NCBI GenBank assembly: GCA_964016885.1
Contig: OZ024741.1
Span: forward strand, 282,348,001-282,412,000
Direction of reading: 5' to 3'
Length of the DNA: 64,000 nucleotides
Origin: Eledone cirrhosa
Taxonomy: Eukaryota
Numbering within the stretch: the stretch's first letter is position 1; every line of letters begins with the position of its first letter. Shown here piece after piece: positions 54,005-64,000 of this stretch. The position numbers and the translations under genes are program-made. Under the pieces are notes generated by a model that was given only the letters and a program-made list of their open reading frames with translations, had not been told where the DNA came from and searched no databases.

Positions 54005-55592
54005 TTGTGACTAAATAATGATAGAAATCTAACAGCATAAACTCACAGCAATATACAAAAGTTTTAATAGAAAAAAAAAAACATTGTAAAATCTGAAGAC
54101 ATGTTGAATAAAGTTGAACTATGAACATGAAGAAGTTGATAATTTCTCAAATGTCTAACGAATAAAATTTAACCTAAAGTACAATACTAATGATATACAG
54201 TTTTGATCATTTAATATTACCGATTCTATGGCTGTTTCCAGTATACAGACAAATCAATAAAGCAATAGCCATCATCGTTTAGACAGAAATTTGATCAGAG
54301 CTGTAGGATCAATAAATTGATCAATTAAAAATAGAGCTTTAATTTTCCTCATGCAAACAGTTTATCTTCCTGACAAAAAGAAGAAAAAGAATTTTATTAC
54401 AGAGCCCAAATTGACATCATAAGGGTGAATGGCAGACACTGTAGAGCAGAGAATGCTGTATAGTTGTGTTCTTTTGCATTCCAAGTTCAAATCTCACTGA
54501 GGTCCATATTACCTCTCAACTTCCAGAATCAATAATATAAATATGAGCCAATTATAGAATTCAATTTAATTGATTTAAACAAAAATGAAATGAACAGAAT
54601 CAACTTTGTTTATATTTTATTGATTGATAGATAAAATTAAAAAATGGTGAATATATGGCTAGTCTCACTTTGGTGTAATGGGAGCACAGTTATCTACCAT
54701 ACAGCAAGTGTGAGTTCAATTTCTACAGTCGATACTGTCCACTTTTTCCATCTCTAGGGGCTTATATTATATATGCAACTTGTTCAACTATTTCTCAAAA
54801 TACATGTTGAAGTAACTTACTTGAAGCTAAGAAGCCTTCAAAATTCAAAATTCGCTCAACACTCCTTGACTATGATTGATTCTTTGTTTACATCCTATTG
54901 GCCAATAAATAAAGCTTAAAAAATGACAGGTAAGTGGTCAGTCTTGCTTTGGGGCAATAGTAAAGCAGCTTATTTTATGCTAACATACTTTCAAAATTCA
55001 CAATAAATAAAAGGGTATGGGGGAAATGAGTGGGCAAAACCTTAACTGGGCAGCTTATCCCAGCTGTGCCCACTGGAGAAAAAAGTAAAAGCTTTGCCAC
55101 TGAAAACAACCTAGAATATCTACTGCATTTTAAGTCTATTAGAGAAATCATTATCAATTCCACCAATTTTATAGATATTCTCAAATTGAGACTATAGCTT
55201 CACTCTTAGCATCATATAATGATTTAGCAGAAAGTATTTCAAAACAGCTTTGTAAATTCAAATGTTTGTAGTATCTTTTTTTACTAGTGAACAGATCATT
55301 GTGAACATTTTTTAGTATTTAAATGAAGATTTCAATTTTTCATGTGATGTAATCATAGTGCTATTTTGTACTTTTTAAGAATGTTTTCTTAATGTGAGTC
55401 CATATGGAGTACAAAAAGGTGCAACATTAGAAATAAGAGATGGTGATAGTAGTGGTAGCGATGGTAATTATTAATATGATGAGGCTGACATTGCTATATG
55501 CTACAGGATATGAAAGAATATTTTCCTTCTATCTCAATAACTTCACCAGTTTCTTTATAACAAACTGATTATAAAGGTGTTTATAATATAAT

Positions 55593-55975
55593 TGTTTCTA
55601 CTTTTGGCACAAGGCCAGCAATTACCCAGTACATTACTGGTACTTTATTTTATCGACCCCGTAAGGATGAAAGGCAAAGTTAACCTCGGCAGGATTTGAA
55701 CTCAGACCGTAAAGGGATGTAACTATGCTGGGAAGCATGGCGTCCGACTCTCTACCGATACTGCCAATCCATATAATGATATCTAATTTAGGTACAAGGC
55801 CAGCAATTTTGGTGTGGTGAAAAGTCTATAACTGGTACTTTATATTATCAGACTTGGAAGGATGAGAGCAAAGTTTACCTTGATCGAGATTTGAACTCAG
55901 AACATAAAGAGCCATAACTAAATACTGCAATGCATTTTGTCTGACATTCTAACAATTCCACCAATCCACTGCCCC
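55593..55975 (-). mobile_element. Young Meta-like SINE (55593-55770) next to an older relative
   Basis: TSD ATATAAT at 55586-55592 and 55771-55777. Diverged copy at about 55780-55975. Confidence 0.85.
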
Positions 55976-56448
55976 AAAGTTATTTATAATATAATGAAAG
56001 AACAAGATCTTCAAGAGAAGTGATATGTGTTGCGGAAGTGTTAAACACAGATATATTGTAATGAAGTAACAAGCTTCTACTCAACGTAAAAGTCAATGAA
56101 GAAAAGGAAATAAAACTAACATAATCAAAATTTAAACATATCTACCATTATATTATGTACAGAGGAATAGTTGTGCTTTCTTTTTCTAATATAAAAACTC
56201 ATTTACATAAAGTTTTAGTAAATGAGCAGAATCTACTTACTCTTTGAAAAATATTTCCTTAGAACTAGTGAATACATATGTTTACACAACAGGCATGTGT
56301 ACAATTCATAAATATACATATGCTTAACTTTTTTTTATCAGCAAAATTATAACAAACGTTCATAAAAACATAGAAAAACATAGACATGCACACTTACACA
56401 CACGCAAACACATGCAAAGAAATACACACACACATTCAATATATGCAG

Positions 56449-56493
<45 letters not shown>

Positions 56494-56495
<2 letters not shown>

Positions 56496-56758
56496 TAATG
56501 GTAGCTAAGATGCTTCCAAAGGTGGTATGCCGGTTGAGCACTATCCTCCTACGGAGCAGAGTATTATAGAATGGAAAACGACAAATCAGTGATGCATTGG
56601 AACTCAATTTATTGTGTGTTACAATTGTTTTCCTGGAGAACAGCTCGAACTGCGATCTGTGTGTGGATCGACCTGACTCTGGACTCGTAGGTTCCTCGGA
56701 CACATCTATTGATTTCGGAGAATATGCTCCGAAATGATTTTTCGTTTTCCATTCTATA
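56494..56758 (-). mobile_element. Penelope-like terminal remnant with degenerate hammerhead motif and 24-bp inverted repeat, in (TA)n
   Basis: Inverted repeat 56565-56588 / 56735-56758 (1 mismatch). Minus strand reads TGTGT-CCGAGGA-ACCT...AGG-AAAA-CAATTG-TA-ACACA-C-AATAAA. Confidence 0.55.
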
Positions 56759-57052
56759 TATATATATATACAAACATACATGAATATGCACACACGTACG
56801 GGTACATGTTTATATTTCATTGAAAATGTTGGGGTAGCTTAAGAAGAACAATGATACTGAATAAACCACCCCACATAGGTCAAAATGGGGAACTCATTAG
56901 TAGAATGATGCTGCGATTAAAATTTATAAATTAATATGTATTGAGTAGTCCACTGAATCAGGTCTTTGTTTTTTTTAACTAACATCAGAAATAAATAAAT
57001 GTATCTTATATGTGAGTGTATGTGTGTGTGTCTATGTTTGTGTATATATGTA

Positions 57053-57390
57053 TATCATCATCATCATTTTACGTCCGCTTTTCCCTGCTTGCAAGGGTGG
57101 GACGGGAACTGATTCTGGCTTGATTTCTACAGCTGGATGCTCTTCCTAACACCAACCTCATTTACAGTGAGTGCTGGGTGCTTTTTTGCCGTGGCACCTC
57201 CACGACCACTTTGCAGTGGAATGATAGGGACCCCAGTCCCTATCATCTCATTTCTACAGCTGAGTAAACTGGAGCAATGTGAAATAAAGTGTCTTGCTCA
57301 AGGAAACAACACATCACCCAGTCTGAGATTTGAACTCACAACCTTTCGATTGCAAGGCCAATGCTCTAACCACTAAGCCATGTGCCTTCA
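57053..57390 (-). mobile_element. tRNA/CORE SINE with RTE tail (third copy)
   Basis: Reverse complement closely matches 18197-18538. (GAT)n tail. Confidence 0.9.
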
Positions 57391-57434
57391 TATATACATG
57401 TATGATGTATTTATATATGTATGTACATACATCT

Positions 57435-57830
57435 CTGCAGTAATACAGAGGACCCACCTTCCCATGGACATGGGTTGAAGTATACATCTAGTATGCACCA
57501 CCATCCCCTAACTTCCCCTTTCCATATACCTCCCACATCCTAACACCACACCCTTCACTAGATAAGTCACCCACCCCACCCTACATCTACCTCTCCAATC
57601 CCCAAGCACCTCCCCACCCCAGAATGTAAAGTGGTCATGAAGATGACATGACAAAAAGCACTCAGCCCACACTGTAAAGTATTCACATTGGTTACACAAC
57701 AAAAAGCACCTGGCTCACACTGTAAACTGGTCGTATAGGTATCATGACGAAAAGCGCCCAGTACACACTGTAAATGTGGTTGGCATTAAAAAGGGCATCC
57801 AACCGTAGAAACCAAGCCAAAATCAGGTCT
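57435..57830 (+). mobile_element. Old RTE 3'UTR remnant
   Basis: GCAGTAATACAGAGGACCCACC and repeated AAAAGCAC.CAGCCCACACTGTAAA. Confidence 0.78.
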
Positions 57831-57913
57831 GCTGAGCTCCAGCCGTTTCGACAGCTATATTCGAACTAAGCGAGTGTTATGGTCCACCTGGTATCTTACC
57901 ACACTTTCTTTGT

Positions 57914-57969
<56 letters not shown>

Positions 57970-58149
57970 CAAAATACTATGTGTTTCTCAAACGATATAC
58001 GAGTCTTTCTCTCTCTCTCACTCTCTCTCTCTAAATATATCTTTTGAATTTGAATTATTAATGCTCTGAAATAAGGTCCTTGATTGGAAACCGAGGAATT
58101 CTCAAATACACAACTAAAAGCTCAGATGACGTCAGTGGTCATCGTTTTG

Positions 58150-58840
58150 CCTTTGACCATCTATAAGATGTGCAATGATAGGTTCTATCGTAGGATAAAA
58201 GTTGAACCAAATAAATTCATGTATGTGTGAGGTGGAGCCGAAGTTTCGAATTTGAACGAAATCGGTTGAAAAATGTGGGAGCTAGAGCCGAAAAGGTGGT
58301 ATTTTCGAATATTTAAGCGGCTGCAACGCCGTTCCTGAACAAAAAATCCAAAATGTAAAGCCACTTTAAGACGTGAAATAATCAGATCTAGCGTAGTGTA
58401 AAATTTGAAAAAAGCAGGTTGATTAATGTGGGAGCTAGACCCCAAAAAGTGGAAATTTTAGTCTAAAAGTGGTATTTTTGAATATTTAAGCGGCTGCCAC
58501 GCCATCCCTGAATAATAAATGCAAAATATAAAGCCATTACAGGATATGCAATGATAAATTCTATTTTGCTTAAAAATTTGAACGAAATCGGTGGCAAAAT
58601 GTGGGAGCTAGAGCCAAAAATCTTATTTTTCGATACCTAAAAAAAGGTGACCCCCTATCGATTTTTATCTGCAGAATGACCTCGGATTTAAAAAAAAACG
58701 ATACGCTGATATATAGAAAACAATCCCCCCGATGACTAATCTAGGAGTCTGTAAAGTTTCATGAAAATCGGTCGTAAGATGTAGGCCCCTATAGGTAATA
58801 CACAGACACACACACATACTTAATTTTATATATATACAGA
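58150..58840 (-). mobile_element. Non-autonomous Helitron-like element with internal repeats of about 155-175 bp
   Basis: Minus strand starts A^TCTGTATATATATAAAA..GTGTGTGTCTGT..CCGATTTTCATGAAA. AATGTGGGAGCTAGA occurs 3 times. No 3' CTRR end found. Confidence 0.55.
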
Positions 58841-58874
58841 TGTTTTGATACCTTAACATTGTGTATATATATAT

Positions 58875-60005
58875 ATCGTTTCTGAATTTGTTTAGCAAGA
58901 TTCTTTATCTGAAAACGTGTGTTGAAACCGATATTGTTATGCTTTGGGAGGGTCATGTTGCCAATAAGAAACACACGCACCAGTTGCTTTCACTCCAATT
59001 TATTATAAATTAAATTTATAAATTTCCGGTTGGTTTGTTCCATAACCGGACGGTTGTTCATATATTGTCAAAGTTCTTTCGTCACACATTCTGTGACCTC
59101 TTCAGTGACTGGGGATTCTTTTCTTTGTTTTGTACCTCTCCTTTGTTCTGTCCTACGCCATCTTGTTTTTGTGTGTTTCGTGTGCTTAGTTTGCGCATGT
59201 GTTACATCCGGGTGTCTGTGTGTGTTTTTATTTGTTTATTTACATGTTACTGGTTGGTTGTTTGTTCTATGTGTGTGTGTGTTTTCATTTTGTCCTTAAT
59301 TGTAAGTTGTGATGTTGCTATTCCATTCATGTTTTCTATTTAATTTTGGTTGGAGTTCATTTATGTTTATTGCCTCTGTGATTTGTCTAAACATTGCGTC
59401 TTTTCTGTGTGTAGATTCTATTTTTATTTCTATTTTTATTTCTCTAATTTACCCTTTTGTTCTATTTTAGCATGTTGGTGGAGTATTGATGATTCTTTTT
59501 TATAATCCTACTAATAGGAATTTACCCTTATGTTCTATTTTAGCATGTTGGTGGAGTATTGATGATTCTTTTTTATAATCCTATTAATAGGAACCTCCTC
59601 CGAGAGACCCTTCGGAGGAGGTTCCTATTAAAAATATTAAAGGGGCCTTTTCTGAGGGGTTTATTGAAGGCTTTTTGAATTAACCGTTAATTGATTAGTT
59701 TCTTTCAACTTAGTAGAGATTATCAAAACTTCGTAAATTTTCTGAAATTTGTTAACGAGATCTCTGGGGAAGAAAGTTTTTTTCTTTCGAAAGAAATTTT
59801 TTCCTCTCGAGGGAACTTCTTGGGAAACTTTATATTTTTTTAGGGAAACTTTATATCTTTATTTTTTTATTTTATTTTATTTTATTAGTCTCTTAATCTC
59901 TTCTAGTTTGTTAAGTTTATCGGGGCTTGTAAGCTTTATGCACTTATTGAGGGATTTTTTTAAGGTGCTTCTACGAGATCCCAATTCTTTTACTTTTAAT
60001 GCGTA
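58875..60005 (-). mobile_element. Rearranged Penelope-like element remnant
   Basis: GIY-YIG C-terminus KESSILHQHAKIEHKGK...STHRKDAMFRQITEAININELQPKLNRKHEW (59296-59580). Thumb-like KKSLNKCIKLTSPDKLNKLEEIKRLI..FPRDLVNK (59750-60000). Downstream hammerhead motif and AATAAA. Confidence 0.75.
59067..59109 (-). ncRNA. Minimal type I hammerhead ribozyme motif
   Basis: GUCA-CUGAAGA-g-GUCACA(gaaug)UGUGAC-GAAA-GAAC-UU-UGAC. Confidence 0.65.
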
Positions 60006-60240
60006 AATTATAAATTATCTAATTTTTAACCTTCAATCCCTGACTCTCAGGCCATTTTCAAATTCTCTTAACTCCCCATAACCCATCCCTTTTACAATTC
60101 CGACAACTAATATAAAAGAGCCCCCTTAGAATATAGACCCCAAATATACAAGCGGAGCTGCTGATGTATACCACAATTTCAAACTGCTAGTCTTAAGTGA
60201 TACGTTGATGTAAATAATGAACTTACAATCACATGTTATA

Positions 60241-60286
60241 TGCCTTGAAAAGTCCCACCATATGGTCGGACGAAACGGCTGTCGGC
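60241..60286 (+). ncRNA. Minimal type I hammerhead ribozyme motif, U3:A8 variant
   Basis: UGCC-UUGAAAA-GUCC(caccauaugguc)GGAC-GAAA-CGGCUG-UC-GGCA, overlapping a following AAUAAA. Confidence 0.65.
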
Positions 60287-60506
60287 AATAAATTTGTTAT
60301 AATGTCATAATAGTTCCTTTGTTCTTTTTCATTAATATATATTATATATATATTATATATATATATGGTTTTCTTGCTTTCTTCTTTGATTTTTCATTTA
60401 AAAATTTCCCCAATAAGTTTATATATGATCAGAAACAAACCATTTATTATTGTTCATTCAGTAAAAGCTATCCCAGCTCCTATCTACTATTGGGTTGATT
60501 ACTTGA

Positions 60507-61773
60507 GAATAAATTCCAAACCTGGATAGAGAATAAATTCCAAACCTGGATAGAGAATAAATTCCAAACCTGGAAGCAGGGACTAGAGAGAAAGGGCCTC
60601 AAAGTCAACATGACAAAGACTAAGGTCCTTATAAGTAGACGAGAAAACAGAACCCAGATCCCCCCAGGGAAATGGCCTTGCTCAGTATGTAGGAAAGGTG
60701 TAGGTAGGAACTCCATTCTTTGCCCCAAATGCAAACAATGGGTACACAAGAGATGTAGCGGGATCTCAGGAAGCTTAATTAAGAATGTAGGATTCACATG
60801 CAGCAGCTGTGCTGAAACAGCAAGCAAACAGCCACAGGAAACAAGTACCACCAATCTCTGGGAGGGCCCTGTAGAAACAGTAGACAGCTTCTGCTACCTA
60901 GGTGACCGAATTAGCAACGGAGGTGGGTGCTCAGAAAGTACAATAACTAGGGTAAGAACGGGATGGAAGAAGTTTAGGGAACTACTACCACTGCTAGCTG
61001 CAAAAGGCTTCTCCCTCAGAATGAAAGGCAGACTGTATGATGCGTGTATCCGAACAGCGATGTTGCATGGTAGTGAGACCTGGGCGCTGAAGGTGGAAGA
61101 CTTACGTAGATTAGAGAGAAACGAAGCCTGCATGCTCCGATGGATGTGTAACAGTAATATACGTGAACGACAAAGCATAAATGAATTGAGAGAGAGACTG
61201 AGCATAAGAGGAATCAAATGCTGCGTGCAGGAGAGGCGGTTACGCTGGTATGGACATGTGATGCGTATGAAGGATGACAGCTGCATAAAAAGGTGCAGAG
61301 CACTAGAAGTCGATGGAAACCGCGGAGTGGGGAGACCCAAGATGACCTGGGATGAGGTGATAAAAGCCGACCTTACCCAATTACACTTCTCAAAGACAAT
61401 GACACACGACCGTGACTTCTGGCATCACGCAGTAATACAGAGTACCCGACCTCCCATGGGTACAAGCTGAAGCATATAGACAATATGCCCCCACACCCCC
61501 CACCGCAAGGTGGTCGTGGAGGTGCCACGGCAAAAAAGCACCCAGCCCACACTGTAAAGTGGACGTGTAGGCGCCATGAAAAAGCACCCAGCACTCACTG
61601 TAAATGAGGTTGGTGTTAGGAAGGGCATCCAGCTGTAGAAATCAAGCCAAATCAGTTCCTGTATGAGCAAGGCATGGTCAGCCGACCAGACACTGCCCAC
61701 AACAGGACAACCCGTCTAACCCATGCTAGCGTGGAAGAACGGACGTAAAACGGTGATGATGATGATGATGATG
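60507..61773 (+). mobile_element. 5'-truncated RTE LINE family A with intact ORF portion (60610-61470)
   Basis: Near-identical to 19496-20718. TSD ACTTGA at 60501-60506 and 61774-61779. (GAT)n tail. Confidence 0.95.
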
Positions 61774-61828
61774 ACTTGAATTATATACATATTTTTAGCT
61801 AAGATTGAATAAGAAATATTCAGTTGTG

Positions 61829-62020
61829 GGCAGTTGACATACTTTCAAATATGTCACCTGGCAGTTGACACACTTTCACATATGTCATCTGGCAGTTGAC
61901 ATACTGCCAAATGTTTCATCTGGCAGTTGACATACTTTCAAATATGTCATCTGGCAGTTAACATACTGTCAAATGTGTCATCTGGCAGTTGACATACTTT
62001 CAAATATGTCATCTGGCAGT
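61829..62020. repeat. Minisatellite, 31-bp unit x 6, with internal palindrome
   Basis: GGCAGTTGACATACTTTCAAATATGTCATCT at an exact 31-bp period. Confidence 0.93.
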
Positions 62021-63099
62021 AAAATGAAGAACCATAATACTTTTTGTGCATTGTTAGGTTCTTCTTTGGCAAACTTTTTTTTAAATTATCATTTCCAGTT
62101 TAGTGCTACATGAAATGCTAGATACAGAATAGAAAGGAATTTCACAGCTCACACCTTTGCCAATTTAGCTGGCCACCTATGAGGTTACAATCTCATAAGA
62201 AGTTTCTTGGGTGTTTTAATGATTGGGGGACCAATGAAAAGCAATGTAAAATGAAATGTCTTGCTCAAGAACCCCTTGGATGCCCAGGCCAGATATCAAA
62301 CCACAACCCAGTGCTTGTAAGTCCAACACCCTAACCACTAAGTCTTCCCTGTTACATATATTAACATGACAATTGTTTCAACTTGAACTCAGATTGCTTT
62401 ATCATACTATAATCAAGCAGTGTTTGGTAGTGTGGGAAGGAGCACATGAGCATGTTATATCTACTTTTCCTACTGTTTTGATATCTGGTTGTTTATGTGT
62501 TGATTGCAACAGAGGGTGGGGACAAGATGTATTCAGTGTAGAGTACCTTAAATTCCCTAAGATATATAATTAGATTACATTTTTTATTTAACTGAAATGG
62601 AGAAGATAGTGATGTTTGGTTTGATGTATTTTCACTGTGTTTAAGCCTTTGTGAGATGTTGAACATGCAGTAGCAGAGTCTGCAGCTAAATCTACCTTGG
62701 CATTTGAGTAGGCAGGGTTTGCATAGTTCATAATAGGTTTGATACACTGTTTTGTTTATTAATTAGTACTCTCACTTCCATGTTTTCACCCTCTTGATAC
62801 CATATTTCTAATGAAAGACACTGCTTATGATCTTCAATTAACTTTGAAAATAATAATAAAAATTGTAATGATTTAATAATATAATTAACTTTCACAGTAT
62901 TAAGTAGGTGTTTAGAGCATAACTTAAAAGTTCTTTTCAGAGAACCAAGGGCAGTTTTAGGTGGTTTAGCATAAAAACATGTTAAACCATTGACAAATTT
63001 ATTAAAACAGCAAAAAGGAAAAATAATTAGAGACTACAAACAAAAATAAAAAAGAAAAGTATGGTTTCTAATTTAGACGGAAGGCCAGATATCAAATGT

Positions 63100-63235
63100 C
63101 TAAAGTAGGAACAATCCCTATAATATTAGGTGTTCTAGGAATGATAGAATAGAATAAAAACACAAGATACATAACCAAAACATGAGGTCCTACAAATATT
63201 CACAGAAATAGCACTACTAAATACTGCACACATGA
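63100..63235 (+). mobile_element. R4/Dong-like (restriction-like endonuclease) LINE C-terminal remnant
   Basis: TIPIILGVLGMIE*..RYITKT*G..QKIALLNTAH, with stops and a frameshift. Confidence 0.55.
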
Positions 63236-64000
63236 ATTTTTTCCAGCACTCGAGCAATTCTGCCAATCCTCTATGAAAATGGACAAGGAACGAAATGTGG
63301 TTGATGAAAAGCCTCTATTTGTTATGTAACAATCTGATACTAGTTTCGAATGCTACTGTTACAAATAAATCCCTTTCAAATAATAATAATAGTAATGTAA
63401 AATAATACATTTTATATTAACCATATCAAATATTTATTAGATGTAATGTTTCTAGTTATAGCTTCTCTCATCTAGTAAGAGAGATCTTATCTAATACACC
63501 TGAACCACACAAATTCAACTTACGTCATTATACTACTGCAAGCTTTCTTATAGTTTCTCATTTCTAGCAGTGATACCTGATCTCTTACACATGAACAGCA
63601 CATGTAAATAGGTAAACAAATGATTACATTTGCATGTGCATATGCACATACATAATACATACATAAATACATGCATACATACACATATACACTCATGTTC
63701 ATATGTACGTACAAACATACCTGCATACACATGCAAACACACCCACACCAACCACCCGGATCAATATTTGATTGAATTTTGATTCATGACAAAAGAACAC
63801 AGATCCTTCTTTCATAAGCTGTAAATGACCACAATGTTTGGAATCTTCAAAAACTGTTCTTACAATTCAAGGATGAATGATTACATATGGGACAATAGAA
63901 ATTTTCTTTTCTTTACAACCTTGCTTGTAGGAAGGTGGATGGTCAAAAGTAACCTCAAAATTAAGAAAAAGTGACAATTTATGCATGCCTACATACATAT

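Noticed and set aside
57837-57860. Minus-strand GCTGTC-GAAA-CGGCTG, similar to the 60241 ribozyme 3' half
   Set aside because: No UH site, helix I or 5' core; too short to support.

Overview
AT-rich, repeat-saturated animal genomic DNA (intergenic or deep intronic). I found no convincing host protein-coding exon or RNA gene. The repeat mix points to a cephalopod, most likely an octopus (inference). It includes RTE LINEs with (GAT)n tails, tRNA-derived CORE- and Meta-type SINEs, and very long TA/CA microsatellites. Main contents: (1) two RTE LINE families, a young family A (14027-14663, 19013-20718, 60507-61773) and a near full-length decayed family B (21292-~25190), both with a C4HC3 PHD-type finger inside the reverse transcriptase; (2) a SINE that shares the family A 3' tail; (3) CR1, R4, mariner, piggyBac-MITE and Helitron-like remnants; (4) hairpin-forming minisatellites; (5) Penelope-like remnants with minimal hammerhead-ribozyme motifs, including one intact CUGANGA core (59067-59109) and one U3:A8 compensatory variant with a GUC site (60241-60286), plus short fold-back cassettes embedded in (TA)n. 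Nearly all listed ORFs outside transposons are microsatellite artefacts. All family assignments come from motif recognition by eye; no searches were run.
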